Shown here one piece after another: positions 39,915 to 51,110 of a stretch of 64,000 nucleotides of DNA. The notes beneath the pieces were generated by a model. That model ran no database searches. It had not been told where the DNA came from and saw nothing but the letters and a program-made list of their open reading frames with translations. The position numbers and the translations under genes were made by a program. Source of the stretch: Rhodospirillales bacterium RIFCSPLOWO2_02_FULL_58_16 (lineage in GTDB: Bacteria; Pseudomonadota; Alphaproteobacteria; Rhodospirillales; 2-02-FULL-58-16); NCBI GenBank assembly GCA_001830425.1, contig MIAA01000014.1:13891-77890 (forward strand), written 5' to 3'. Each line of letters opens with the position of its first letter. The stretch's first letter is position 1.

Positions 39915-41111
39915 ATGGATCCTATCAAAAATCCTTTTTCTCCCGGTGCCGGTTCGCCGCCCCCTGAGTTGGTGGGGCGAGACCCCGTTCTTGAACAGGC
40001 GCGAATTTTGTTGGGCAGAGTAAAGCAGAAAAAATCCGAAAAAAGCATGCTGTTGACCGGTTTGCGGGGGGTGGGCAAGACGGTGCTGTTAAACGAAATC
40101 AAACGCATGGCGGACAGCGCCGGATACCGCACCATTTCTATCGAAGCGCACGAAGGCAAAGCATTGGCCCCGCTGATTGCTCCGCACTTGCGGAGCCTTC
40201 TCTATGATCTGGACCGGATTGCCGGAACCGGAAACAAGGTCAAGCGCGGTCTGGCTGTACTTCGCAGCTTTATCGGCGCTCTCAAGCTTACGATGGGCGA
40301 TGTCAGCATCGGATTGGACATTGACCCGGAAAGGGGGTCGGCTGACAGCGGCGATTTGGAAATTGACCTGCCCAATCTCTTCATCGCAATCGGCGAAGCG
40401 GCGGAGGATCGCAAGAGCGCAGTGGCTATCTTTATTGATGAGATTCAATACTTCAGCAAGAATGAATTGAGCGCATTGATCATGGCGATGCACAAGATTC
40501 AACAGCTTCAACTGCCCCTGGTATTGCTGGGCGCAGGGCTACCTATCCTTCCCGGTCTGGCGGGCGAATCAAAATCGTATGCCGAGCATCTCTTCAGCTT
40601 CCCGAATATTGGCGCACTCTCGCAAGACGATAGTGCGAAAGCGTTGCAGGAGCCTGCACAAAAAGTTGGGGTTACTTTTGAGAATGCAGTGTTGGATGAG
40701 GTTTTTAATCTGACGAAGGGGTATCCGTATTTTCTTCAGGAATGGGGCTACATAGCTTGGAACTTAGCAACAGCGAGTCCGATTACCTTGCAGGTTGTTC
40801 GTGATGCAAAAAATACAGTTATTGCACGTCTCGACGAGAACTTTTTTCGGGTGCGTTATGATCGACTAACGCCAAGTGAAAAGAATTTTCTACGAGCAAC
40901 AGCAGAGCTTGGGCCGAGGGCGCATCGCACCGGTGATATCGCTGAGATTCTGGTGGTTAAGATTACCAGTCTCGGCCCCGTTCGCGCCAAGTTGATCAAC
41001 AAAGGGATGATCTATAGCCCTGCGCACGGTGACTTGGATTTCACGGTCCCTCTCTTTGATGATTTCATGATCCGCACGATACCCACATTCAAACGGCAGT
41101 CAGCAGCTTGA
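39915..41111 (+). CDS. orphan AAA+ ATPase (archaeal-ATPase/ORC-like P-loop) with a C-terminal winged-helix-like region
   Basis: NPFSPGAGSPPPELVGRD... Walker A GLRGVGKTVLL, Walker B AIFIDEIQY. C-terminal LTPSEKNFLRATAELG... The start could instead be ATG 39888, inside the 10-bp repeats. Confidence 0.75.
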   Translation: MDPIKNPFSPGAGSPPPELVGRDPVLEQARILLGRVKQKKSEKSMLLTGLRGVGKTVLLNEIKRMADSAGYRTISIEAHEGKALAPLIAPHLRSLLYDLDRIAGTGNKVKRGLAVLRSFIGALKLTMGDVSIGLDIDPERGSADSGDLEIDLPNLFIAIGEAAEDRKSAVAIFIDEIQYFSKNELSALIMAMHKIQQLQLPLVLLGAGLPILPGLAGESKSYAEHLFSFPNIGALSQDDSAKALQEPAQKVGVTFENAVLDEVFNLTKGYPYFLQEWGYIAWNLATASPITLQVVRDAKNTVIARLDENFFRVRYDRLTPSEKNFLRATAELGPRAHRTGDIAEILVVKITSLGPVRAKLINKGMIYSPAHGDLDFTVPLFDDFMIRTIPTFKRQSAA

Positions 41112-41203
41112 TAATACCGTATGTTGTCATAGCGATTCAATATATGGTATCTAACCGATATTGGTTTTACGTTCCCGCAACTTCAGTGAATAGCCGTTAG
41201 ATA

Positions 41204-41647
41204 ATGACTTCTCATATCATTGCCATCGCCGGCGACCACGGCGGCTTCCAATTAAAAGCCGATCTGAAAGTCTTTATCGGCGAGATGGGCCACGAGGTTA
41301 TCGACCTCGGCTGCGACGGCCCCGAGTCGGTCGATTACCCTGATTTCAGCTATGCCCTAGCTGCCGCCATCAGGGAGGGCCGGGCCGGGCGCGGCGTTCT
41401 GATCTGCGGAAGCGGCATCGGCGTCAGCATCGCCGCCAACCGTTATCCTGAAATCCGGGCGGCGCTGATTCATGACGCTCTGGGCGCCCGCCTGTGCCGC
41501 CTCCATAACGACGCCAACGTCATCTGCTTCGGCGGACGGATGATCGGCGTCGATTTGGCGCGTGATTGCCTAAAGATTTTCCTTGAAACCGGGTTTGAAG
41601 GCGGACGTCACGCCCGCCGCGTCGAAAAACTTTCCCATCCTCAGTGA
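41204..41647 (+). CDS. rpiB: ribose-5-phosphate isomerase B
   Basis: 147 aa. [11 protein letters not shown]...[15 protein letters not shown]. Confidence 0.92.
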   Translation: MTSHIIAIAGDHGGFQLKADLKVFIGEMGHEVIDLGCDGPESVDYPDFSYALAAAIREGRAGRGVLICGSGIGVSIAANRYPEIRAALIHDALGARLCRLHNDANVICFGGRMIGVDLARDCLKIFLETGFEGGRHARRVEKLSHPQ

Positions 41648-41660
41648 AGGTGTTTTTTTA

Positions 41661-42959
41661 ATGTCCGTAAACTCTACCGAATACAACAGCCGCTTCTTCG
41701 GCGAATCCCTGGCGGAAAGGGACCATGACATCTACCGCGCCATCCGTGACGAACTTTCGCGCCAGCAAAATCAAATCGAGTTGATCGCCTCCGAAAACAT
41801 CGTTTCCCGCGCCGTGCTTGAAGCCATGGGGTCGGTGATGACTAACAAGTACGCCGAAGGTTATCCCGGCCGCCGCTATTACGGAGGCTGCGAGTATGTC
41901 GATGTGGCCGAGGCGCTGGCTATTGAGCGGGCCAGGAAACTTTTTAACTGCGAGTTCGCCAACGTCCAGCCTCATTCCGGCGCCCAGGCCAACGGCGCGG
42001 TTTATCAGGCGCTGCTGAAACCCGGCGCGACTTTAATGGGCATGTCGCTGGCGGCGGGCGGGCATCTTACCCATGGCGCCGCCCCGGCCCAGTCGGGGAA
42101 ATGGTTCAACGCCGTGCAATACGGCGTTCGGCGCGAAGACGCCCGCATTGATTTTGATGAAGTCGAACGGCTCGCCATGGAAAACAAGCCGGAGTTGATC
42201 GTCGCCGGCGGTTCGGCCTATCCGCGAATCATTGATTTTGAGCGTTTCCGCGCCATCGCCGACAAGGTAGGGGCCTATCTGATGGTCGATATGGCCCACT
42301 TCGCCGGACTGGTCGCCGCCGGTGTCCATCCCAGCCCGCTGCCCCACGCCCATATAGTGACCACCACCACTCACAAGACCCTGCGCGGCCCTCGCGGCGG
42401 CATGATCCTGTCCAATGATCCCGAGTTAGGAAAAAAGATCAATTCCGCCGTCTTTCCCGGACTCCAGGGAGGGCCGCTGATGCACATCATCGCCGCCAAG
42501 GCGGTGGCCTTCGGCGAGGCCCTGCAACCGGAGTTCAAGACCTATGCCGCCAATGTCGTCGACAACGCCAAGGTTCTCGCCGCGACTCTTGTCGAGCGCG
42601 GTCTCGATATCGTTTCCGGCGGCACCGACACCCACTTGATGTTGGTCGATCTCAGGCCGATGAAGCTGACCGGAAGGGACGCCGAAGTCAGTCTGGAGCG
42701 CGCCCATATGACCTGTAACAAAAACGGCATTCCCTTTGACCCCGAAAAACCGATGGTGACCTCCGGGGTGCGGCTGGGAACGCCGGTGGGGACCACGCGG
42801 GGCTTCGGGCCGAAGGAATTTCGTCGGGTCGGCGAACTGATCGGCGATGTGCTGGCCGGTCTTTGCCGTAATCACGATGACAACGGCGCCGCCGAGGGCA
42901 AGGCGCGCGCCGAGGTTGCCGAATTATGCAACAGATTTCCGGTTTATTCAGGTTTATAA
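41661..42959 (+). CDS. glyA: serine hydroxymethyltransferase
   Basis: [38 protein letters not shown] and [14 protein letters not shown]. The start is set at ATG 41661 (MSVNST...). Confidence 0.96.
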   Translation: MSVNSTEYNSRFFGESLAERDHDIYRAIRDELSRQQNQIELIASENIVSRAVLEAMGSVMTNKYAEGYPGRRYYGGCEYVDVAEALAIERARKLFNCEFANVQPHSGAQANGAVYQALLKPGATLMGMSLAAGGHLTHGAAPAQSGKWFNAVQYGVRREDARIDFDEVERLAMENKPELIVAGGSAYPRIIDFERFRAIADKVGAYLMVDMAHFAGLVAAGVHPSPLPHAHIVTTTTHKTLRGPRGGMILSNDPELGKKINSAVFPGLQGGPLMHIIAAKAVAFGEALQPEFKTYAANVVDNAKVLAATLVERGLDIVSGGTDTHLMLVDLRPMKLTGRDAEVSLERAHMTCNKNGIPFDPEKPMVTSGVRLGTPVGTTRGFGPKEFRRVGELIGDVLAGLCRNHDDNGAAEGKARAEVAELCNRFPVYSGL

Positions 42960-42979
42960 CTAGGGGGAGGGGATAATTC

Positions 42980-43441
42980 ATGCGCTGTCCGTTTTGCGGT
43001 CATGGAGATACGCAGGTCAAGGATTCACGTCCGACCGAGGAAAACGCAACCATTCGCCGGCGGCGTTTTTGTCCCTCGTGCGGATCGCGGTTTACCACTT
43101 TCGAGCGGGTTCAGCTTCGTGAACTGTCGGTGGTCAAGAAAGACGGCGCCAAAGCGCCGTTCGACCGCGACAAAGTGTTGCGTTCGCTCAAAATCGCCTT
43201 GCGCAAGAGGCCGGTTGAAGACGACCAGATCGAGCGCATCGTCAACGGCATCCAAAGACGTCTGGAAACTCTCGGCGAGAGCGAAATTCCCACCAAGGTC
43301 ATCGGCGAGATGATTATGGAAAACCTCGCCAATATGGATCAGGTGGCCTATGTGCGCTTTGCTTCGGTCTACCGTAACTTCCACGAGGCCAAGGACTTCA
43401 AGGACTTCGTCGGAACGCTGGATGGCTACGAAAAAGACTGA
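42980..43441 (+). CDS. nrdR: transcriptional repressor NrdR
   Basis: 153 aa. MRCPFCGH...VKDSRP...[17 protein letters not shown]. Confidence 0.96.
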   Translation: MRCPFCGHGDTQVKDSRPTEENATIRRRRFCPSCGSRFTTFERVQLRELSVVKKDGAKAPFDRDKVLRSLKIALRKRPVEDDQIERIVNGIQRRLETLGESEIPTKVIGEMIMENLANMDQVAYVRFASVYRNFHEAKDFKDFVGTLDGYEKD

Positions 43442-44537
43442 GAACAGCGACGCCGACAACATGCGCGCCGCTTTGGCGCTGGCGCGTCGGGGCTTGGGAA
43501 ACGCATGGCCCAACCCGGCGGTCGGTTGCGTGCTGGTGCGCGAGGACTTGCAGGGAATGGTGGTCGGGCGGGGCTGGACCCGACCGGGAGGCCGTCCTCA
43601 CGCCGAGGCCGAGGCGCTCCGCCGCGCCGGCGACAAGGCCCGTGGCGCCGCCGCCTACGTCAGTCTGGAGCCGTGCGATCATCATGGGCAAACCCCTCCC
43701 TGTTCCCAGGCACTGATCGACGCCGGCATTGTCCGCGCCGTAATCGCCATAGAAGACCCCGATCCGCGAGTCTCGGGAAAGGGAATCGCCCGCCTGCGGG
43801 CCGCCGGCGTCAAGGTTGTAGAAGGCGTATTGGAAGACGAGGCGCGGCAAGCCAACCTGGGATTTATCCTTAAGATAACAAAGCAACGCCCGCTGTTCGC
43901 CCTCAAACTGGCGACCGACGGCGTTGGGCGCATTCCGGCGCCGGGCGACGCGGAAAAAGGGATCACCGGGTCTCTCGCCCGTCAACGGGGACACCTGCTG
44001 CGCGCTTGCCATGACGGGGTTCTGTTCGGCGTCGGCACCGTGCTGGATGACGATCCTGAATACACTTGCCGTTTGCCGGGGATGAGTGAACACTCGCCTG
44101 TCCGGGTGCTTTTGGACCCGCAATTACGTCTGCCGGTTAATGCCAAGCTGTTGCAAACGCTGGATAAAGCTCCGTTATGGGTGATCGTCGGGACAAAACC
44201 GGCGATCAACCGCGACATCTATCCCGACTCGAAAAATCTGGAATTTATCGTCGCCGGGGAGGTGGATGAGAATGACCGTCCGACGCCGCGCTGGGTGGCA
44301 GGCGAACTTGCCCGTCGCGGCTTGACCCGGATACTGATCGAGGCAGGCCCCAAGGTGACGGCGGCGTTTTTGCGCGATGATCTGGTTGACCGGATTTTTT
44401 GGTTCAAGACGAAGCAGCCGCTGAAAGACGCCGGCGTCGCCGCCTTCGACGCCTTGACCGCCGCCCGGCAATTCGTCAAAACAGCGGTCCACGATCTGGG
44501 CGACGATATTCTCGAAATCTATCAGCGGACGGGTTAG
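43431..44537 (+). CDS. ribD: bifunctional diaminohydroxyphosphoribosylaminopyrimidine deaminase / 5-amino-6-(5-phosphoribosylamino)uracil reductase
   Basis: NPAVGCVLV...HAEAEALR...[13 protein letters not shown]. The start is ambiguous (ATG 43431 or 43470). Confidence 0.92.
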   Translation, partial: KKTENSDADNMRAALALARRGLGNAWPNPAVGCVLVREDLQGMVVGRGWTRPGGRPHAEAEALRRAGDKARGAAAYVSLEPCDHHGQTPPCSQALIDAGIVRAVIAIEDPDPRVSGKGIARLRAAGVKVVEGVLEDEARQANLGFILKITKQRPLFALKLATDGVGRIPAPGDAEKGITGSLARQRGHLLRACHDGVLFGVGTVLDDDPEYTCRLPGMSEHSPVRVLLDPQLRLPVNAKLLQTLDKAPLWVIVGTKPAINRDIYPDSKNLEFIVAGEVDENDRPTPRWVAGELARRGLTRILIEAGPKVTAAFLRDDLVDRIFWFKTKQPLKDAGVAAFDALTAARQFVKTAVHDLGDDILEIYQRTG

Positions 44538-44807
44538 TAGAGCGGGTTGCGACCGGATGGACAGCGGAAAATCGGCTCGGCCCAGGGCCGATAAGTCCGC
44601 TTTTGCCGATTCTCCTTGCTCCTCAGTCATTTTGATGGCACAGAATTTCATGAGTTTAATGAGTCCTGACCATGGGCTATAGTGTCTCTGCTCAGAGTTG
44701 CAATGAGGTCCAGGGAACGGCAATGCCCCCGCCATCGCGAATCGAACGGCTGTACAATCAAAAGAAGATGAAGATGACGGGCCGGCAAAACGCACGTCAA
44801 ACTGATT

Positions 44808-46529
44808 ATGGCTGAAACCGTTCGTGTTTATCGGCAGATATCTCTGCCCGGACTCTGCCCTGTCGAGACGGCTGTACAAGCATTGTCCGAAGGCGGCGCT
44901 GAGAAACGGGGAGCGATCTCTACTCGGCGTGAAGTGGTTGACTTCATTCTCGATTTGATCGGCTACACGGCTGACCGTCCTCTTTATGAGAAAAAGCTGC
45001 TCGAACCATCATTCGGCAATGGTGATTTTCTCTTGGCGGCAATCGAAAGGCTAATTGCGGCATACCAATACGGAAGAAAACAGAAACCACTTGAAGTCGC
45101 CTCCCTCATGTCGTGCATATGCAGCGTGGAACTTCATCGCGACACATTTATCGCAACGGGCAATCGCATTGATGCATTACTCGATACAAGCGGATTCAAG
45201 AAAAATGACCGTCGCGCTCTTCTTGACGCATGGCTCACGCATGGAGATTTTCTCCTTACGTCCTTACCCGGCGATTTTGACTATGTAGCAGGCAACCCTC
45301 CATACATTAGACAAGAACTCATCCCCGATGCCTTGATGGCTGAGTACCGGCGCCGTTTCCGGACAATATATGACCGCGCCGATATCTATGTGCCATTCAT
45401 CGAAAAATCGCTTTCGCTGCTTCGCGAAAGAGGTACGCTGGGGTTTATTTGTGCTGATCGCTGGATGAAGAATCGTTATGGGGGGCCATTGCGACGCCTC
45501 GTGGCAGAGAAATATCACCTTAAATTCTTTATCGACATGGTGGATACGCCGGCCTTCCACTCTGACGTGATTGCTTATCCGGCGATCACAATAATTGCAA
45601 ACGAACCGCCGGGACCGACGCGACTGGCCCATCGCCCGGAAATTAATGAAAAGGCGCTTTCCTCGCTTGCCGAGACGATGTTAAACGGCAGTGGAACGCT
45701 GAACGGGACAGTGGAGGTAATAGAGCAGGTCAGCGCCGGGAAAGAACCTTGGATACTCGAATCTTTCGACCGACTTGCCGTCGTGCGACGGCTTGAACGT
45801 GAGTTTCCAACGCTGAAAGAAGCCGGGTGTAAAGTCGGAATTGGCGTCGCCACGGGCGCCGACCAAGTGTTCATCGCGCCCTTTGACGCCCTTGATGTAG
45901 AGTCTGATCGCAAGCTGCCGCTGGTTATGACGCGGGATATTCTATCCGGCGCGGTACAGTGGCGAGGTTTCGGTGTGATAAATCCGTTTAATGACGAGGG
46001 TGGCCTCGTCGCCCTGGATAAGTATCCGAGGCTCTACGCTTATCTCAAAGAGCATGACGAAAAGATCAAGAAGCGCCACGTTTCACAGAAAAACCCGAAC
46101 AATTGGTATAGAACCATTGACCGCATTTATCCGGCATTGGCGAGACGACCAAAATTGTTGATCCCTGACATTAAGGGTGAAGCGCATGTCGTCTATGAAG
46201 ACGGACACTTCTACCCTCACCATAACCTGTACTTCATCACATCCGACGAATGGGACTTACGGGCGTTACAAGCGGTATTGCTGTCGGGCATTGCCAAGTT
46301 GTTTGTGGCCATATACTCGACCAAAATGCGTGGTGGCTACCTGCGCTTCCAGGCGCAGCATCTCCGGCGCATCCGTGTGCCGCTCTGGCAGAACGTTCCC
46401 GGCGACTTAAAGTTCGATCTGGCCGCCGCAGCCGGAAGCGGCGATATCGCAAGCTGCAACGAAGCTACGTTCAGGCTATACCGCATGAGCAAAGCCGAGC
46501 GCACCATTCTTGCCGGCAATGGAAGTTGA
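44808..46529 (+). CDS. N6-adenine DNA methyltransferase, Eco57I/TaqI-like (modification subunit of a type II R-M)
   Basis: 573 aa. Motif [11 protein letters not shown], motif [12 protein letters not shown]. Its 3' end overlaps the following endonuclease gene. Confidence 0.85.
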   Translation: MAETVRVYRQISLPGLCPVETAVQALSEGGAEKRGAISTRREVVDFILDLIGYTADRPLYEKKLLEPSFGNGDFLLAAIERLIAAYQYGRKQKPLEVASLMSCICSVELHRDTFIATGNRIDALLDTSGFKKNDRRALLDAWLTHGDFLLTSLPGDFDYVAGNPPYIRQELIPDALMAEYRRRFRTIYDRADIYVPFIEKSLSLLRERGTLGFICADRWMKNRYGGPLRRLVAEKYHLKFFIDMVDTPAFHSDVIAYPAITIIANEPPGPTRLAHRPEINEKALSSLAETMLNGSGTLNGTVEVIEQVSAGKEPWILESFDRLAVVRRLEREFPTLKEAGCKVGIGVATGADQVFIAPFDALDVESDRKLPLVMTRDILSGAVQWRGFGVINPFNDEGGLVALDKYPRLYAYLKEHDEKIKKRHVSQKNPNNWYRTIDRIYPALARRPKLLIPDIKGEAHVVYEDGHFYPHHNLYFITSDEWDLRALQAVLLSGIAKLFVAIYSTKMRGGYLRFQAQHLRRIRVPLWQNVPGDLKFDLAAAAGSGDIASCNEATFRLYRMSKAERTILAGNGS

Positions 46530-46536
46530 ATCGCCG

Positions 46537-47262
46537 ATGGCGCTTGACCTTGCAAATTACGAAGCTAAAGCGCGAAACGCCGTAAGATTATTCTGGGGCA
46601 AACGAGAAGCCGCCCGGCAGAAGCAGCTCAAATCAGGCAAGGCTGATCAGGGCGAACGATCCGGTGTCACCGGCGGCAAGAATATGAACGGCTTCCCGGA
46701 TTTGGTTGTCGATCTGGTTAAAGCAAACGGATTGGCGGACGCAGCTATTCTACAAGATGGTCGGGTGCTGACGTTGCCGGGATATTTCCGGCCCACAAAA
46801 CTTTGGGATTTGCTGATCCTTCGGAAGGGCTGCTTGATTGCGGCGTTGGAATTCAAGTCCCAGGTCGGACCATCATTCGGCAACAACTTCAACAACCGCG
46901 CCGAGGAAGCCATAGGCACAGCAGTTGATCTTTGGACTGCCTACCGTGAAGGCGCCTTCGGCGAGCAACCTCGCCCGTTTATCGGCTGGTTGATGCTGCT
47001 GGAGGATGCTCCTGCTTCTTGTTCGCCGGTGCGGGATAGGTCACCGCATTTCCCCGTATTTCCCGACTTCCATAACGCCTCCTATGCAGAACGTTATAAT
47101 GCCCTCTGCAAGAAGCTCGTTCAAGAGCAGATGTACACTGCGGCGTGCATTCTTACCTCGCCGCGAAATACGGGCAATTACTCGGAAATGAGCGATATGA
47201 CCGGCCTGAAGACTTTTGTAACGGCATTTGCCGGACACATTGCGGTCGAAGCTGCGCGGTAG
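46537..47262 (+). CDS. XhoI/PaeR7I-family type II restriction endonuclease
   Basis: [21 protein letters not shown]...[14 protein letters not shown]...[25 protein letters not shown] matches my recollection of the PaeR7I/XhoI family. The start may be 46510, 46519 or 46537. Confidence 0.75.
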   Translation: MALDLANYEAKARNAVRLFWGKREAARQKQLKSGKADQGERSGVTGGKNMNGFPDLVVDLVKANGLADAAILQDGRVLTLPGYFRPTKLWDLLILRKGCLIAALEFKSQVGPSFGNNFNNRAEEAIGTAVDLWTAYREGAFGEQPRPFIGWLMLLEDAPASCSPVRDRSPHFPVFPDFHNASYAERYNALCKKLVQEQMYTAACILTSPRNTGNYSEMSDMTGLKTFVTAFAGHIAVEAAR

Positions 47263-47354
47263 CCTCATAATTAAAGCAAGGAAATTCCCAAATGGACAAC
47301 GAACTACAGTTTGACTTGTCGAATTTAGCTCCAGGTGTTGATTAGGTAAAAACC

Positions 47355-47942
47355 ATGTTCACAGGAATCATCACCGATATCGGTCAAGTCCGATCCGTCC
47401 TGCGCGGCGGCGACGCCCGCATCGAAATAGCAACCTCCTATGACGCCGGGACAATCGCCGTCGGCGCCTCCATCTGTTGTTCGGGGGCCTGCATGACGGT
47501 GATCGACAAGGGCAGGGGCTGGTTCGCCGTCTCCGCCTCGGAAGAAACCCTGTCCTGCACCACCATGGGCGGCTGGGCGCAAGGTAGTAGAATTAATCTT
47601 GAACGATCCCTGAAAGTGGGAGACGAATTAGGCGGCCATATCGTTTCCGGGCATGTTGACGGCGTTGCCCGCCTTGAAAGCGTAACGCCGCAAGGGGATT
47701 CGTTGCGTCTCGTTTTTCAGGCTCCGGAAACCTTGAAATTATTCATCGCCGCCAAAGGGTCAGTCGCCGTTGACGGCGTATCGCTGACCATAAATGAAGT
47801 TGACGGGAGAAACTTCGGCGTCAACATTATCCCCCACACTCGCGAACACACTACGCTCGGCCGTTTGGCGGCGGGCGACAAGGTGAACCTGGAAATCGAC
47901 ATGCTGGCGCGTTATGTTGCGCGTCTTCTTGATAGGAAATAA
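47355..47942 (+). CDS. ribE: riboflavin synthase (alpha chain)
   Basis: 195 aa. MFTGIITDIGQV... and the internal repeat GGHIVSGHVDG. Confidence 0.94.
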   Translation: MFTGIITDIGQVRSVLRGGDARIEIATSYDAGTIAVGASICCSGACMTVIDKGRGWFAVSASEETLSCTTMGGWAQGSRINLERSLKVGDELGGHIVSGHVDGVARLESVTPQGDSLRLVFQAPETLKLFIAAKGSVAVDGVSLTINEVDGRNFGVNIIPHTREHTTLGRLAAGDKVNLEIDMLARYVARLLDRK

Positions 47943-47945
47943 CCG

Positions 47946-49070
47946 GTGCCTCACAGCAAGAATCTGTCCTCGATCGAGGAAATCATCAACGACGCCCGCA
48001 ACGGACGCATGTTCATCCTCATTGACGACGAGGACCGGGAAAACGAAGGCGATCTGGTGGTCCCCGCTCAGATGGCGACGCCTGACGCCGTCAACTTCAT
48101 GGCCAAATACGGGCGCGGCCTGATCTGTCTGGCGCTTACGTCAAGGCGGGTGGAAGAACTGGAACTGCCGCTGATGGCGCGGAAAAACGCCTCGCGCCAC
48201 GACACCGCCTTCACCGTCTCGATTGAGGCGCGTGAGGGAGTAAGCACAGGCATATCGGCATCGGACAGGGCGCGGACCATCGCCGTCGCCATTGACCCGA
48301 CAATCGACAAAGGCGATATCGTCAGCCCCGGTCACGTCTTTCCGCTGGCGGCGCGGGAAGGCGGCGTTCTGGTTCGCGCCGGCCATACCGAAGCGGCGGT
48401 GGATATTGCCCGTCTGGCCGGGCTGAACCCATCGGGCGTGATTTGCGAGATCATGAACGACGACGGCGCCATGTCGCGGACGCCGGAGCTGATCGAGTTC
48501 GCCAAAACCCACGGCATCAGGATCGCCACCATCTCCGATCTTATCGCCTACCGCCTGCGCCATGACCGGATTGTCGAGCGCGTCATGGAAACGACTTTCG
48601 ACAGCCTTTACGGCGGCGAGTTCCAGATGTTCGTCTACATTAACCGCATCGCCTATGCCGAGCATGTCGCCCTGGTGAAAGGCGACATCTCATCGTGCGG
48701 GGGGCCGGTTCCGGTGCGGATGCATTCCCTTAACGTGCTTGAAGACGTTCTCGGCGACAAAAGCGCGGGCAGGGAGGAAGAGCTTCATCAGGCGATGCGG
48801 ATGATCGGCGATTTAGGGCGCGGCATAGCGGTTCTTATCCGCGAACCGTACCGCTCCGGTCTTTCCGACCGCGTGCGCTCGAAACTTGATGACGGGGGAA
48901 AACGACCGGAACAATTGCGTGATTACGGCGTCGGCGCCCAGATTCTGCTTGATCTCGGCATCAGCGAAATGATCTTGCTATCCAATACCAAGCACACCAT
49001 CATCGGCCTTGAAGGATACGGCCTGACCGTGACCGAGCAACGTCCCATAAAAGGCCCGCTGAATGTCTGA
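47946..49070 (+). CDS. ribB: 3,4-dihydroxy-2-butanone-4-phosphate synthase fused to a GTP cyclohydrolase II-like domain
   Basis: 374 aa, GTG start. DDEDRENEGDLV...GHTEAAVDIARLAG. Confidence 0.92.
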   Translation: MPHSKNLSSIEEIINDARNGRMFILIDDEDRENEGDLVVPAQMATPDAVNFMAKYGRGLICLALTSRRVEELELPLMARKNASRHDTAFTVSIEAREGVSTGISASDRARTIAVAIDPTIDKGDIVSPGHVFPLAAREGGVLVRAGHTEAAVDIARLAGLNPSGVICEIMNDDGAMSRTPELIEFAKTHGIRIATISDLIAYRLRHDRIVERVMETTFDSLYGGEFQMFVYINRIAYAEHVALVKGDISSCGGPVPVRMHSLNVLEDVLGDKSAGREEELHQAMRMIGDLGRGIAVLIREPYRSGLSDRVRSKLDDGGKRPEQLRDYGVGAQILLDLGISEMILLSNTKHTIIGLEGYGLTVTEQRPIKGPLNV

Positions 49071-49521
49071 AAAGCCGCGAGTCCTCATCATTGAGGCAAG
49101 ATTTTACGAGGACATCGCCGATGAATTGGCGAAGGGCGCCGCAGCCGTTCTGGATGAAGCCGGAATAGCCTATGAGCGCCACGCCGTTCCCGGCGTTTTC
49201 GAGACTCCGGCGGCGGTCCATTTCGCCATCCGTTCGATGGAGATGGGAGCGGTGAAATATTCCGGCGTCATCGTCCTCGGCTGTGTCATTCGCGGCGAGA
49301 CCGATCACTACGAATACATCAGCAGCAGCGCCGTTCAGGCGTTGATGAACCTGACCGTCTCCTACAGCATCGCGCTGGGGTTCGGCGTGCTTACCTGCGA
49401 AAACTACGAACAGGCCCGGGAACGCGCCGCCGTTGACCGCAAAAACATCGGCGCCAGGGCCGCTATGACATGTCTCAGGATGATGGACCTCAAAAAAGAT
49501 TTTCATCTGGTGATTCGATGA
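49063..49521 (+). CDS. ribH: 6,7-dimethyl-8-ribityllumazine synthase
   Basis: 152 aa. VPGVFE...GCVIRGETDHYEY. Confidence 0.93.
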   Translation: MSEKPRVLIIEARFYEDIADELAKGAAAVLDEAGIAYERHAVPGVFETPAAVHFAIRSMEMGAVKYSGVIVLGCVIRGETDHYEYISSSAVQALMNLTVSYSIALGFGVLTCENYEQARERAAVDRKNIGARAAMTCLRMMDLKKDFHLVIR

Positions 49522-50051
49522 ACGCCGAAACCGGGACAGCAACCAAAAAACGCAAGGCGGGACCGCGCCGTCGCACCGCCCGCCTGTCCGCCGTGCAAGC
49601 CCTCTATGAGATGGAGGTAAGCGGCGCGGCGGTCGATTCGGTGCTTGAGGAGTTCCTCAAAAACCGCTGGAAAGAAGCGGAGAGGGAGGGAGGCGCCGAA
49701 AACGCCTTGGCCAAACCAAGTCCGGCGCTGCTTTCCGAGCTTGTTCACAGCGTGGCGGAACGCGGGCCGGAACTGGACGAGGCGATCAAGCCCGCTCTTT
49801 CCGGGGATTTATGCATTGAGCGGATAGAACCTCTGCTGAAGGTAATCATGAGGGCCGCCGTCCACGAGCTGATGAACCCATGTCATGATGTCTCGGCCGC
49901 CGTCATCATCAGCGAGTATGTTGACATCACTCACGCCTTTTTTTCCGGTAATGAAATAAATCTGGTCAACGGCGTGCTCGGCAATCTGGCCCGCCGGTTG
50001 CGTCCCGGAGAAAAGGAAGCTAAAAGTGGGGAGAAGCAGGAAAAGCTCTGA
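49518..50051 (+). CDS. nusB: transcription antitermination factor NusB
   Basis: ATGA overlap with ribH. RRTARLSAVQALYEMEV. Confidence 0.9.
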   Translation: MNAETGTATKKRKAGPRRRTARLSAVQALYEMEVSGAAVDSVLEEFLKNRWKEAEREGGAENALAKPSPALLSELVHSVAERGPELDEAIKPALSGDLCIERIEPLLKVIMRAAVHELMNPCHDVSAAVIISEYVDITHAFFSGNEINLVNGVLGNLARRLRPGEKEAKSGEKQEKL

Positions 50052-51027
50052 ATTCGGGATTATCTCCCGTTTCTTCGCCCCCCTGGCCGAGGGCGAGCCG
50101 GGAGCTTTCGGGCTTACCGACGACGCCGCGCTGATCCCCGCCGGACCGGGTCGTCTGGTCATCACCACCGACGCCATAGTCGCCGGTATCCATTTCCCGG
50201 AAGCGACGGCGGCGGATTTGATCGCCGCCAAGATGCTGGGGGTGAATCTCTCCGATATGGCGGCCATGGGCGCAACGCCGGAGGTCTATACGCTTTCGTT
50301 GGCCCTGTCCGAAGACGTTGACGACGATTGGCTGGAGTTGTTTTCGTCCTCCCTGGCGGCGGAACAGGAGATTTACCGGATAACCTTGATCGGCGGCGAC
50401 ACGGTGGCGACGACCGGGCCGCTTACCTTCGCCGTAAGCATGGTGGGCAGGGTGGAGGAGGGGAGAGAATTGCGGCGTTCGGGCGCTCGTCCCGGCGACA
50501 TTATTTATGTTTCGGGAGCAATCGGCGACGCCGCCCTCGGCCTGAAAGTAATTAACGGCGAACTTCCGTGGTTGGCCGACGGCTTTGGCGAAGACCTGGC
50601 GGATCGCTACTACAGACCGCAGCCGCGAGTGGAATTGGGACGGCGGCTTGCCGGACTCGCTCATGCCGCCATCGACGTTTCGGACGGGTTGGCGGCTGAC
50701 CTCAGACATGTATGCGCGGCGTCGGGCGTTGCCGCTACTTTAGCGGCGCATAAAGTCCCTTTATCGCCGGCGGGCCGGGCGGCGGTTGAACACGCCCCGG
50801 AATTGATTTCAAGCGTCCTCGGCGGGGGAGACGATTACGAACTCCTCTTTACCGCTCCCCCCGAAGCCGCCGATGCGCTTGCTCGTTTGTCGCGGGACCT
50901 GAACCTGCCCCTGACCGCCGTTGGAAGCATTGCCGGAATGACCGGGGAAACGCACGGAGTCACAATCATTGATAAAAACGGCGATGAAATCAAACTGACC
51001 GCCGACGGCTACCTGCATTTTGCGTGA
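50026..51027 (+). CDS. thiL: thiamine-monophosphate kinase
   Basis: 333 aa, GTG start. EFGIISRFF...TTDAIVAGIHF...GGDT...DVSDGL. Confidence 0.9.
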   Translation: MGRSRKSSEFGIISRFFAPLAEGEPGAFGLTDDAALIPAGPGRLVITTDAIVAGIHFPEATAADLIAAKMLGVNLSDMAAMGATPEVYTLSLALSEDVDDDWLELFSSSLAAEQEIYRITLIGGDTVATTGPLTFAVSMVGRVEEGRELRRSGARPGDIIYVSGAIGDAALGLKVINGELPWLADGFGEDLADRYYRPQPRVELGRRLAGLAHAAIDVSDGLAADLRHVCAASGVAATLAAHKVPLSPAGRAAVEHAPELISSVLGGGDDYELLFTAPPEAADALARLSRDLNLPLTAVGSIAGMTGETHGVTIIDKNGDEIKLTADGYLHFA

Positions 51028-51110
51028 AAGGCGGAACTTGGCGATGGGCGCGGTGCGCCACAGATAACCAAAAAGTTACTGCTATATTTGACAGGGGAGG
51101 GAGCGGAAAA

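Noticed and set aside
44175-44879. 234-aa minus-strand ORF spanning the ribD 3' end and the ribD-methylase spacer (considered as a possible C-protein or Vsr gene)
   Set aside because: Most of it is antisense to ribD. It has no HTH or endonuclease motifs, and its composition is typical of a shadow frame.
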